Source: a virus
Lineage: Duplodnaviria; Caudoviricetes
Reading direction: 5' to 3' (one strand)
Virus record (IMG/VR): IMGVR_UViG_3300042868_004919
Span: 1-44,821 of that record
Length of the DNA: 44,821 nucleotides
Within the stretch, counting starts at the first letter, position 1, and each line of letters starts with the position of its first letter. Both the position numbers and the translations under genes were made by a program. Under the pieces are notes generated by a model. The model did not search any database. It saw nothing but the letters and a program-made list of their open reading frames with translations, and was not told where the DNA came from. Below, one piece after another: positions 17,634 to 25,981 of this stretch.

Positions 17634-19601
17634 ATGACCATCCCATCAACCGCGCGACGGGCGGGGCCGTACTACGGGACCGCCGCCCAGACCGTTTGGC
17701 CGTTTGCCTTCAAGGTTTTTGACCCGGCTGACATTGCCGTCATTTTCACGACTGGCACGGGCGTGGAGTCCACGCTGGTGCTCAACTCTGATTACAGCGT
17801 CACGCTTAATCCGAACCAGGATACCAGCCCTGGGGGTGCGGTTGTTTACCCCCTGACCGGCTCGCCCATGGCACCGGGCAACCGCTTAACCGTTATCGGT
17901 GACCTCGACTACGACCAGCCCCTGGACTTGCCGGATGGTGGCAACTTCAACCCGGTCGCCATGGAGAACGAACTGGATCGCATCGTTATGCAGATCCAGC
18001 AATTGCGTGAACTGCTGCACCGTGCCGTTACCATTTCTGCCAGCGCGGAACCAACAACGGACACCATGCTACCGGCCCCCGGGCCCGCCCAGCTTATCGG
18101 ATGGAACCAGACCGGCAGCGGTTTGCAGAACTACGACCCGAGCGACTTGGTGGTCACGGGGCTTTATGCGGACTGGGTGTACGACACGTTTACCGGCAAC
18201 GGCACCACAACTACGTTCGGCCTGCAACGTGCGCCTGGTGCCGTTGGTAACACCGACGTGTCGGTGAACGGGCAGACCTACGTACCTAATACCGGCTTCA
18301 CGGTCACGGGCACGAACTTGGTTTTTAACGTTGCCCCGACGGCAGGCGCGCAGATTCTGGTGCGCTACGGTTCGGCGGCGCCACAAGGGCCAGTGGCAAG
18401 CATCTACCTTAAAAGCGAGGAAAAGATCGCCGTCGCCGGTCAGACGGTGTTCTCGTTGACCAACGGTTACCAGCCGAATATCGGCACGCTGTCGGCCTAC
18501 GTAAACGGCGTCCGCATGACACCGGGGTACGACTACCTGGAAACCAACAGCACCACGGTGACGTTCAGCAGTGGGCTGAAAGCGGGCGACCGCGTACTGT
18601 TTATTACAGGCGCCGAAGTCACCACCGGCACCCCCGGGCGGGGCATCACGTCGGTTATCCGCACCAGCGGCACGGGCGCCCCCGGCACGACCGACACCTA
18701 CACAATCACCTACAGCGACGCCACAACGTCAACGTTTCAGGTTTACAACGGCGCGAACGGCACTGGGTCGGGCGACGTGGTTGGCCCCGCTAGTGCGGTT
18801 AATAACAACCTCGTGGCGTTCGACACGACCACGGGCAAGCTGGTCAAGGACAGCGGCAAGGCAACCCCAGCAGGCGCCGTAGTTGGCACCACCGACACGC
18901 AGACATTGACCGCCAAAACACTGACCAGTCCGACTATCAACGGCGGCACGGCTACGGCGTTGACCGGCTTGGCTGTGCGCAACGCTGGCGCTGGCGCGTT
19001 CGACATGACGATCGCCTATAACGGCACGCTCACTGCTGGACGCGCGCTGACGTGGAACCTGAACGATGCGGCGCGCACGATCAGCCTGGCTGGCAACATC
19101 ACCACGGCGGGGGCTTTCACTACGTCCGGTGCGTTCGCGCTCACGTTGACTACTACGGCGGCCACCAACGTGACGTTGCCCACCACGGGCACGCTGGCCA
19201 CAACAACGCAGGTTGCTGCCAAGCAGGACACGCTGGTCAGCGGCACAAACATCAAAACCGTAAACGGCAACAGCCTGCTGGGCAGTGGTGACGTGACTAT
19301 TTCGGGCGGTGGCGGGGGTGGGCTCACCCTTGTAGTGGTATCCACCACCACGCAAACGGCGGCCAACGGTAGCAACTACGCCCTGACAAACGCAGCGGCA
19401 ACAACCGTTACCGCCCCCGCATCCCCCACGGCGGGCATGCGCTTTGGGTGGATGGTGTGCAACGGACGCACTGATAACGTCATCAATTGGAACGGCGCAA
19501 AGCACGAAAATATCAGCGACACAACGATGGTCATTAACGGGCCGAACGAGGTGGGAGAAGCTGAATACATCGACGCAACATTCGGCTGGAAGGTCAAGTA
19601 A
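17634..19601 (+). CDS. Tail fibre with T7 gp17-type N-terminal anchor
   Basis: 'WPFAFKVF..DI.V', 'ENELDRIVMQIQQL' anchor; beta repeats 'GQTVF..YVNGV'; shaft motifs 'GDVVGPAS', 'KQDTLVSGTNIKTVNG'. Confidence 0.88.
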   Translation: MTIPSTARRAGPYYGTAAQTVWPFAFKVFDPADIAVIFTTGTGVESTLVLNSDYSVTLNPNQDTSPGGAVVYPLTGSPMAPGNRLTVIGDLDYDQPLDLPDGGNFNPVAMENELDRIVMQIQQLRELLHRAVTISASAEPTTDTMLPAPGPAQLIGWNQTGSGLQNYDPSDLVVTGLYADWVYDTFTGNGTTTTFGLQRAPGAVGNTDVSVNGQTYVPNTGFTVTGTNLVFNVAPTAGAQILVRYGSAAPQGPVASIYLKSEEKIAVAGQTVFSLTNGYQPNIGTLSAYVNGVRMTPGYDYLETNSTTVTFSSGLKAGDRVLFITGAEVTTGTPGRGITSVIRTSGTGAPGTTDTYTITYSDATTSTFQVYNGANGTGSGDVVGPASAVNNNLVAFDTTTGKLVKDSGKATPAGAVVGTTDTQTLTAKTLTSPTINGGTATALTGLAVRNAGAGAFDMTIAYNGTLTAGRALTWNLNDAARTISLAGNITTAGAFTTSGAFALTLTTTAATNVTLPTTGTLATTTQVAAKQDTLVSGTNIKTVNGNSLLGSGDVTISGGGGGGLTLVVVSTTTQTAANGSNYALTNAAATTVTAPASPTAGMRFGWMVCNGRTDNVINWNGAKHENISDTTMVINGPNEVGEAEYIDATFGWKVK

Positions 19602-19886
19602 ATGAGTAATTCAAGTCAATTTAGGGGCGGGATTAAATTAGTTCAAAGAGGAGTGGCTACTATTACAAGTAGCACTGTTGCAACTACGGTAACTATTTCA
19701 ACAGTTAATACATCTAAATCAGAACTTAGGCTTTTAGGAGGAGCGGGTTTTGATAGTAATGGTATTATTATTTTGCCACGATTAGTATTAACAAATTCTA
19801 CTACTATTACCATATCGCCAGGAGGAGGCAGTGGAACTATTGGCGCTTCATTTCCTGTTTCCTGGGAACTGACGGAGTGGTACTGA
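19602..19886 (+). CDS. Small AT-rich beta protein, probable fibre-tip/receptor-binding accessory
   Basis: ATG immediately after the fibre stop; 'IKLVQRG..VNTSKS..VSWELTEWY'; markedly lower GC than its neighbours. Confidence 0.65.
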   Translation: MSNSSQFRGGIKLVQRGVATITSSTVATTVTISTVNTSKSELRLLGGAGFDSNGIIILPRLVLTNSTTITISPGGGSGTIGASFPVSWELTEWY

Positions 19887-19887
19887 G

Positions 19888-20325
19888 ATGCCTTATTACG
19901 CACAACTAACTGACGGGATTGTAACTTCCGTTACTGAAACAGCCGAATCACTACCGCCCGCCGCCAATTTTATCAAAATCGACGGTTTGTATTTTGAACT
20001 GCTAGGCACGAAGCATGAGGGTAACCAGTTTGTACCCTCGCCACGTACACCCGAGCAAGTCAAACAGGAAATCATTGACGCCGTGCAAAACCGCCTCGAT
20101 GCGTTCGCCCGGACACGCAACTATGACGGCATCCTGAGCGCCTGCACCTACGCCAACAGCACGGTGCCGAAGTTTGCGGCAGAGGGGCAGTACGCAGTCA
20201 ACGCCCGCGATGCAACCTGGGCCACTTGCTACCAGATCATGACCGCCGTTCAGAACGGCACCCGACCACTACCGGGGGTTTCCGATGTGCTTGCCGAACT
20301 TCCTACGCTGGCTTGGCCAAACTGA
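19888..20325 (+). CDS. Tail fibre assembly/accessory protein
   Basis: 'VQNRLDAFARTRNYDGILSACTYANS..FAAEG..RDATW..ELP.L.WP' is typical of fibre-associated phage proteins. Confidence 0.75.
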   Translation: MPYYAQLTDGIVTSVTETAESLPPAANFIKIDGLYFELLGTKHEGNQFVPSPRTPEQVKQEIIDAVQNRLDAFARTRNYDGILSACTYANSTVPKFAAEGQYAVNARDATWATCYQIMTAVQNGTRPLPGVSDVLAELPTLAWPN

Positions 20326-20338
20326 GGACAACGACGAT

Positions 20339-21721
20339 ATGCTCACCCGCTTAAAATCAAACCAAGTAACCCACGTGCAGCCCCGCACAGGGGCCGTGAC
20401 GCGCCAGCTTGACTTCGCTTTGGCCGACGAGTTCAGCGTCAAGGACTACGGCGCGACAGGCGACGGCACAACCGACGACAGCGCCGCCATTCAGGCCGCC
20501 ATCACGGCGGCCAAAGCCGCTGGCGCTGGGGTGTTTTTTCCAGACGGCGAGTACGTTATCGGTTCGCTGGGCACGCAGTCGGGCCGGGTGTTCCTGCACG
20601 GCACGGGGCGGGCAACGCTCAAGGGCACATTCACCTACCAGGACAACACGTTTCCGATTTCCGCTGACACGAACACCCCACTGACGCCATCGGCCTCGTA
20701 CTTCCACGCCAACGGTTTGAACTTCCAGTCGGTGGCGGCGGGGGCCTACGGCCTGCAATTGTTCACCAACGAGCAGGGCAGTTTTATCAGCACGTTCAGC
20801 CTGCGCGAGTGCCGGTTCTACGGGCCGAAGGGTTTGTACGCAAAGCACATGATTGGCTTTGAGCTTGCTAACTGCGAGTTCAACAACGTGATTGCCGGGG
20901 CGCGTTATGAATCTTGCACCAACGGCATGCACGTCGCCTGCCGCTGGCAGAACCAAGCCGAGTCAGGCGTGTGGATCACGCGCGCCAGCGACCAGACGCT
21001 GCGCAGCCCTGGCGGCGAAAACATCAAGTTCGCGCTGTGCGAGTGGGCGGTGTGCACCTACGGCATTGTGGCCGACCAGCATATGTGGCTGACGATGGAA
21101 TCTTGCCTGCTGGACTACTGCGCCGTGCCCTTGTTCCTGTCCGGTTCCAAATACAGCAAGGCCAGTCAGACCTACTTCGGTGTGTCCAATACCGCTGTGA
21201 CCCGGTTCAGCGCCACCCCCGGCTATCTCGCCCCGAATGCGTCCGGCGTTGCCGTGTACGGTCGCCCAGGCGGCACACCGTTGGGCTCGCGCACGACGGG
21301 GTTCACGGCGCACAATTGCGAGTTCATAAGCTACATCGGCGGCAGCAATCCGCTGGTCGTTATCGACGGCTACATCGACGGCACTTACCCACTGAGCGCC
21401 GAACAGATCGCGTTCTATGGTTGCCTGTTCTACATGACCGCAGCGCACAGCGCGGGCACCATCCTTTACATCAAGTCCGCACAGGTCATCCACGTTATCG
21501 GCAACCGGTTCCTGTCGTTCAATTTGAGTAGCACGCTGGTGGATACGTGGCGGGCTGAAAGTTGCCTGGGGTTCATCGGCCACAGCAACGATTTTCGGCA
21601 GTGTACGCAAAGCAACGTGCAGGTTGGTAGCAGTTACGAGAAACCTGTCGGCGGGGTCTACGTTCAGACAGCCGAGCCCACGGTGGGCATTCAGCCGGGC
21701 GATATCTGGGTGCAACCCTAA
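20339..21721 (+). CDS. Tailspike / parallel beta-helix depolymerase (pectate-lyase-3-like); likely start ATG 20339
   Basis: 'SVKDYGATGDGTTDDSAAIQAAI..VFFPDGEY'; Cys/Asn ladder of a beta-helix; RBS GAGGA. Confidence 0.85.
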   Translation: MLTRLKSNQVTHVQPRTGAVTRQLDFALADEFSVKDYGATGDGTTDDSAAIQAAITAAKAAGAGVFFPDGEYVIGSLGTQSGRVFLHGTGRATLKGTFTYQDNTFPISADTNTPLTPSASYFHANGLNFQSVAAGAYGLQLFTNEQGSFISTFSLRECRFYGPKGLYAKHMIGFELANCEFNNVIAGARYESCTNGMHVACRWQNQAESGVWITRASDQTLRSPGGENIKFALCEWAVCTYGIVADQHMWLTMESCLLDYCAVPLFLSGSKYSKASQTYFGVSNTAVTRFSATPGYLAPNASGVAVYGRPGGTPLGSRTTGFTAHNCEFISYIGGSNPLVVIDGYIDGTYPLSAEQIAFYGCLFYMTAAHSAGTILYIKSAQVIHVIGNRFLSFNLSSTLVDTWRAESCLGFIGHSNDFRQCTQSNVQVGSSYEKPVGGVYVQTAEPTVGIQPGDIWVQP

Positions 21722-22863
21722 TGCCTACGCTACGGATCCGCAACGCGGCAAACACCGGCTGGATTGACGGGTCTACCGCGCCCGGCTTCCGCGTCCGCAA
21801 CGCAGCGAACACCGGCTGGGTTGACAAAACCGGCAACCTGTCGGGCGTGTCCGTTCGTGACGCCGCTGGCACCGGCTGGGTTACTTTCTCGGGCGGGGGT
21901 GGCGCCACGTATTCCGTGTCTCCTAGCGCCAGCACCGTGGCCGAGGGCAGTTCGGTCACGTTCAACGTGTCCACCACGGGGGTCGGCAGTGGCACGCTGT
22001 ACTGGACAAACGCAGGCAGCACCACGGGGGCCGACTTCACCGACGGCCAGAACAGTGGGTCGGTGACCGTAACCAGCAACGTGGGCAGCTTCACGCGCAC
22101 GCTTCTTAACGACGGCAGCACAGACCCCAACGAAACCATAATCATCCAGCTTCGCACCGGCAGCACGTCGGGCACTGTGGTGGCCACGGCGTCCACGGTC
22201 ACTGTGACCGAGGCGGCACCGCCTACGCAGTTGAGCCTGGCAACCAACTCGCTGGACTTTGTTTATCTGCCACCAACGACCAGCGGGTCGGATACCGTCA
22301 GTAACGACATGCGCGTGACCGTGGACACGTCGGCGTTCTACGCGAACGGCGGCAACCATATCGTGTTTGCCCTTGATTGCCAAGGCGTGCAAGGCAGCAA
22401 CAACCCACATTGCGGCCCCATCCTGCGCCGTGGTGCAAACCTATGGGCCAACGCTCGCGGGTTCATCATCTTCGGTGACGGCACGATATGGGCCGAGCAG
22501 TGGAACAGCACGTTCAGCCCCGGATTCAAAAAGGATATGGTCAACGGGTCGGGCGTCACGTTCAACCCTGCCACCACGCCAGTGTTCACGGTTCGCATAC
22601 GTGCTGGTTACCGGGTTGGCTTCTGGGCGAACACCATGCGCATCGACGTTTACCAAGGCACCAGCATCTACGGCACGCTGCTGTACTCCGGTATTGCCAG
22701 CGGCTGGGGCTGGGACTGGACGGGCTCGCATTTGGCCTCGTTCGCAGCTATCGCGCTGGACTTCAAGGAACCGTACAAAACAAATTGCGTCGAGGAAATC
22801 ATTCCGCGCGGCGCTCCTAATGCCGTGGTCGGATTCTCGAATCTAAGCCTGTCGGCTTACTAG
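21721..22863 (+). CDS. Virion adhesin-like protein (three N-terminal Trp repeats, Calx-beta/Ig-like domain, lectin-like C-terminus)
   Basis: R.RNAANTGW repeated three times; 'STVAEGSSVTFNVST..ADF..DGSTDPNET..LRTGSTSG'. Confidence 0.65.
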   Translation: MPTLRIRNAANTGWIDGSTAPGFRVRNAANTGWVDKTGNLSGVSVRDAAGTGWVTFSGGGGATYSVSPSASTVAEGSSVTFNVSTTGVGSGTLYWTNAGSTTGADFTDGQNSGSVTVTSNVGSFTRTLLNDGSTDPNETIIIQLRTGSTSGTVVATASTVTVTEAAPPTQLSLATNSLDFVYLPPTTSGSDTVSNDMRVTVDTSAFYANGGNHIVFALDCQGVQGSNNPHCGPILRRGANLWANARGFIIFGDGTIWAEQWNSTFSPGFKKDMVNGSGVTFNPATTPVFTVRIRAGYRVGFWANTMRIDVYQGTSIYGTLLYSGIASGWGWDWTGSHLASFAAIALDFKEPYKTNCVEEIIPRGAPNAVVGFSNLSLSAY

Positions 22864-22865
22864 CC

Positions 22866-22898
22866 CGTGTCCGTGGTTCAGACTTGACCCACGACAAT
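22866..22898 (+). promoter_or_regulatory. Putative late promoter 3 (lysis cassette)
   Basis: CGTGTCCGT (22866-22874), 18 nt, GACAAT (22893-22898). Confidence 0.8.
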
Positions 22899-22924
22899 AC
22901 CCCCAAACTTCGAGGGGGCGTGAA

Positions 22925-23212
22925 ATGGACGATGTTTACGCGCAAGTCGAAAGGTTGGCGCAAATTATGGAAAGTGACCCGCACATGATTGACCCGGTCG
23001 AGTTTGGCGAAATCAAAGGCGCAGTTGCAGCAATGCAAGTGCAGATGGCCGACCTGAAAGCGCGTCATGCTGTGACGGATGCCAAGCTGGACTTGGTGCT
23101 CGACAAGCTGTCGGAAGCAAAGGGCGGCTGGCGCGTCATGATGTTGCTGGGTGGTGCCGCTGGTTCCCTCGGTGCGGGCGTGTCGTGGTTCGCCGCCCAC
23201 CTGAAAGGCTAA
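22925..23212 (+). CDS. Lysis-cassette membrane protein (coiled coil plus one C-terminal TM; holin/antiholin-like)
   Basis: RBS GAGGGGG; 'IDPVEFG..KGGWRVMMLLGGAAGSLGAGVSW'; immediately upstream of the endolysin. Confidence 0.6.
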   Translation: MDDVYAQVERLAQIMESDPHMIDPVEFGEIKGAVAAMQVQMADLKARHAVTDAKLDLVLDKLSEAKGGWRVMMLLGGAAGSLGAGVSWFAAHLKG

Positions 23213-23213
23213 C

Positions 23214-23696
23214 GTGGATTTCGACCAGGCATTCGACAAACTGCTGGGGCATGAGGGCGGGTTTGTTGACCACCCGTCTGACCCAGGTGGGGCTACCCGC
23301 TGGGGTATTACCGAGCGCGTTGCGCGCACTGCTGGCTATCGCGGCGACATGCGCGAGTTACCCGTCGCCCTGGCCAAGCGCATCGCCAAGGCTGAATACT
23401 GGGACGCCGTGCACGCGGGCGATATGCCGCCCGGTATCCGGTACGCCTTGTTCGACGCAGCCTACAACTCAGGCCCACGGCAGGCCACTTTCTGGCTCCA
23501 GCGCGCCCTGGGTGTTGCCGACGATGGTGTGATAGGCCCGAAGACCCTGATGACGGCGCACGCTGCTGACCAGTGCGCGGTACAGTCGCGCATGCTGGCG
23601 CAGCGCTTGCGATTTATGACCGGCCTGTCCAACTGGCCCGCGTTCGGCAAAGGCTGGGCGCGGCGCATTGCCGACCTGATGGAGACCCAACCATGA
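23214..23696 (+). CDS. Endolysin, glycoside hydrolase family 108 with peptidoglycan-binding C-terminus
   Basis: 'HEGGFVDHPSDPGGATRWGIT', 'FDAAYNSG', 'DGVIGPKT', 'FGKGWARR'. Confidence 0.92.
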   Translation: MDFDQAFDKLLGHEGGFVDHPSDPGGATRWGITERVARTAGYRGDMRELPVALAKRIAKAEYWDAVHAGDMPPGIRYALFDAAYNSGPRQATFWLQRALGVADDGVIGPKTLMTAHAADQCAVQSRMLAQRLRFMTGLSNWPAFGKGWARRIADLMETQP

Positions 23697-24094
23697 ACCC
23701 CCTGCTACTTGGCCCCGTGTTTGAACTTGGCGGCAAGATCATAGACCGACTGTTCCCAGACCCGACAGCCAAGGCCCAGGCCGAACTGGAATTGCTGAAA
23801 CTGGCCCAAGCCGGAGACCTACAAACCGTGCTGGCGCAGTTGGAAATCAACGCCAAGGAAGCCACACACCCCAGCATCTTCGTGGCAGGGTGGCGCCCGT
23901 TCGTGGGCTGGGGTTGTGGATTAGGTCTACTGTACGCCACGGTGGGGCATAACCTGCTAGCCTGGCTGGCGCAATCTCAAGGCTGGCCCCTGCCACCATC
24001 GGTGGACGCTGACCTGTTGATTTACACACTGGGTGGCATGCTTGGTATCGGTGGTCTGCGCACGCTGGAAAAAGTCAAAGGCGTGGCGAAGTAA
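23693..24094 (+). CDS. Holin (3TM gene-transfer-release holin family); start ATG 23693
   Basis: ATGA overlap with the endolysin stop; 'IIDRLFPDP', 'SIFVAGWRPFVGW', 'GMLGIGGLRTLEKVKG'. Confidence 0.85.
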   Translation: MNPLLLGPVFELGGKIIDRLFPDPTAKAQAELELLKLAQAGDLQTVLAQLEINAKEATHPSIFVAGWRPFVGWGCGLGLLYATVGHNLLAWLAQSQGWPLPPSVDADLLIYTLGGMLGIGGLRTLEKVKGVAK

Positions 24095-24108
24095 CCGCGC
24101 TAGAGTTC

Positions 24109-24495
24109 CTACCCAGTGTGTGGCTCCTGCGGCTCTGCTGGGCGCTGCTGGGGTACGGTGTAGAGCGGGTACTCATGCCACATATCCGACTCGTGCCACC
24201 GAGCCACAGTCACATACCAGCTTCGGTTTTTGCCCTGCTTCCATTGGTAGGCCCACGCCACCGGCTCCTGCACCTCCTGCTGGGGTGCTGGCTCTGCCAC
24301 CTTCGTGTACTTAGGGTTCGATCCCATGTCGCACCCGGGTTCCCACTCGCCTAAGCACTGTTCGGCAGGGCGATCGCCGCATGGACACTTCTGCTCTGCC
24401 AGCGCGGCCTCCCATCCAGCATAGAAAGCCTTGCGGTTATCAGCAGGCTCAATCCCTAGTTTGCTTTTGCTAAAAGCACGGCATTTCCTACTCAT
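24109..24495 (-). CDS. Hypothetical early protein
   Basis: Overlap-coupled chain of - strand ORFs; 'QEPVAW..PLYTVP' phage accessory motif; Cys motif 'CPCGDRPAEQC..EWEPGCD.G'. Confidence 0.7.
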   Translation of the reverse strand: MSRKCRAFSKSKLGIEPADNRKAFYAGWEAALAEQKCPCGDRPAEQCLGEWEPGCDMGSNPKYTKVAEPAPQQEVQEPVAWAYQWKQGKNRSWYVTVARWHESDMWHEYPLYTVPQQRPAEPQEPHTG

Positions 24496-24769
24496 AGTCG
24501 GACTCCACTTTTTCTTGGAAGCGTTTTTTCGCTTCAGCTAAAGGGATGCCGGGGTACAGCGCAATGTCGTGCCGCAACTTTTGAATGCGAAATTCATGCC
24601 GCACTGCTTCCCCTAGTTGTATCTGGTCGTACAACAAATACCAGTTGCCCTTCTGCTCAATAACTCGGAACTGCGGTCGCAACGCCTGTCCGTTGTCGTC
24701 TGTGATTGGCATCGCGCTCTCCAACGCCTCCAGCGCTTGCTGCAACACTTCTCGTTGTGTGCTCATCAC
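24488..24769 (-). CDS. Hypothetical early protein
   Basis: 'REVLQQALEALE' N-terminus; RBS AGGAGG; coupled to neighbours. Confidence 0.7.
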   Translation of the reverse strand: MMSTQREVLQQALEALESAMPITDDNGQALRPQFRVIEQKGNWYLLYDQIQLGEAVRHEFRIQKLRHDIALYPGIPLAEAKKRFQEKVESDYE

Positions 24770-25056
24770 TTGCCCTCCTTGCGTGCTGCGTCGATGTCCG
24801 CATCCAGCGATGCGGTGTTAGCCCAGTCACTGCCATTGCGGTCGCGACCGACTTTCCAGACTACGTGGCACAACGGGTCAATGCGTTCGTGCTCGGCCCG
24901 CAACCACCGATACCGCGCTGCATCCTCCGCATCCCCGCTGGGTGCGGGCTGTGCTGCAAGCTGGGATTCCAGCTCTGCGATGCGGTCTTGCAGTTCCGAG
25001 ATAACGTCCCCGCTGGTGATGATGCGGCCTGAGTCGGGGTGTGTTCTGTCTGTCAT
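24766..25056 (-). CDS. Hypothetical protein (Ead/Ea22-like C-terminus)
   Basis: 'DAARYRWLR..LDADIDAA'; start MTDRTH at 25056 overlaps the upstream stop. Confidence 0.7.
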   Translation of the reverse strand: MTDRTHPDSGRIITSGDVISELQDRIAELESQLAAQPAPSGDAEDAARYRWLRAEHERIDPLCHVVWKVGRDRNGSDWANTASLDADIDAARKEGK

Positions 25057-25253
25057 GTCTTTTTCTCCAATGCCCATGTAATAGCCTCATGTGCCTCGCG
25101 CAGCGCAACGCGCAGCGTTGATAGCTCCCTCCATTGATCCATCTCCATTTGCGCGTCTGTCTCTCTGGCTTTTTGCAGGAACTCGACAAGCTGCTCTGCT
25201 TTAACTGCTCGGCGCTTCCATTGTTTGAGAGTCGGCTGTGTCGTGTCTGTCAT
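25053..25253 (-). CDS. Hypothetical coiled-coil protein
   Basis: ATGA overlaps at both ends; RBS GGAG. Confidence 0.7.
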   Translation of the reverse strand: MTDTTQPTLKQWKRRAVKAEQLVEFLQKARETDAQMEMDQWRELSTLRVALREAHEAITWALEKKT

Positions 25254-25447
25254 GTCTCAATCTCCACATGGCATGAGTGGTGCAGCGTTGATGGTTTTGC
25301 AAACCCCAATCGGCGCACGATGTATTGCGTACCGCTGGGGGTGTCGCGCTTGTGTCCGAGGAATTCATAGCGATCTCCGGTGCGTTTGAGCCTGAAGCGC
25401 TGGCCCGGTTGTAGGTTTCGGACGCGTGGTTGGTGTTCGTCAGTCAT
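25250..25447 (-). CDS. Hypothetical protein
   Basis: Strong RBS GAGGAG; own promoter upstream. Confidence 0.75.
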   Translation of the reverse strand: MTDEHQPRVRNLQPGQRFRLKRTGDRYEFLGHKRDTPSGTQYIVRRLGFAKPSTLHHSCHVEIET

Positions 25448-25468
25448 GTTTTTTGCTCCTCTAGTTGT

Positions 25469-25497
25469 ATTCTAGCAAGTGCTGTAACTTTGTGCAA
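25469..25497 (-). promoter_or_regulatory. sigma70-type early promoter with overlapping operator
   Basis: - strand TTGCAC-17nt-TAGAAT; operator variant TAGCAAGTGCTG at 25473-25484. Confidence 0.75.
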
Positions 25498-25503
25498 TAC
25501 ACT

Positions 25504-25695
25504 TTAGCGTTCCCGTCCGGTCAACGCTTCCCACTGGTCGCGGCATTCCGACCCGCACCACCGGCGCACGTCGTCCAGTACCTCGTCGCAGTGCAAGCAA
25601 CGGCCCGTCGCCACGGGCCCAGCGGGGCGGCGCAACCGCTGGGCTTCCTCAATGCCGCGCTCAATCTCAGGCGCTGCGCGGTCGGCATCATCCAT
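25504..25695 (-). CDS. Small C4 zinc-finger protein (DksA/TraR-like architecture)
   Basis: 'MDDADRA' acidic helix tip plus CLHC..WCGSECRD. Confidence 0.7.
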   Translation of the reverse strand: MDDADRAAPEIERGIEEAQRLRRPAGPVATGRCLHCDEVLDDVRRWCGSECRDQWEALTGRER

Positions 25696-25981
25696 TGCGT
25701 TTCTCCAGTTCGATGAGCAGGTCTAGAAAGTGACGGGCCTTTTCGAGGTCTTTGATGCCACCCTTTGCACGCCAGCGGGTCACGTACTTGATGACGCTGC
25801 CCTCAGCAAACGGAATGCCGTTCGCGTGGATGTACTCGATAGGCTGGATTTTGAGGTCTTTGTAATGACCCCCGGCCACTTGCACGTCCAGGGCGCTTTG
25901 TTTTTCGACACGCTCCACCCCGCCCGGCAGGGTGCAGTTGCAGCTTGACGGCAACACGCCGCATCGTTCGCAGAGTTTCAT
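25688..25981 (-). CDS. DUF3310 protein (T7 gp1.7-like putative nucleotide kinase)
   Basis: 'QVAGGHY..IQPIEYI..VIKYVTRWRAKGGIKDLEKARHFL'. Confidence 0.85.
   Translation of the reverse strand: MKLCERCGVLPSSCNCTLPGGVERVEKQSALDVQVAGGHYKDLKIQPIEYIHANGIPFAEGSVIKYVTRWRAKGGIKDLEKARHFLDLLIELEKRNG

Noticed and set aside
21846-21854. Seventh CGTGTCCGT copy
   Set aside because: Lies mid-gene, and the hexamer 18 nt downstream is CGGCTG, which lacks the conserved A and T; treated as a chance match
17634-22863. Diversity-generating retroelement, expected from the BPP-1-like architecture
   Set aside because: No reverse transcriptase motifs, no avd-like ORF, and no TR/VR repeat pair differing at adenines that I could see
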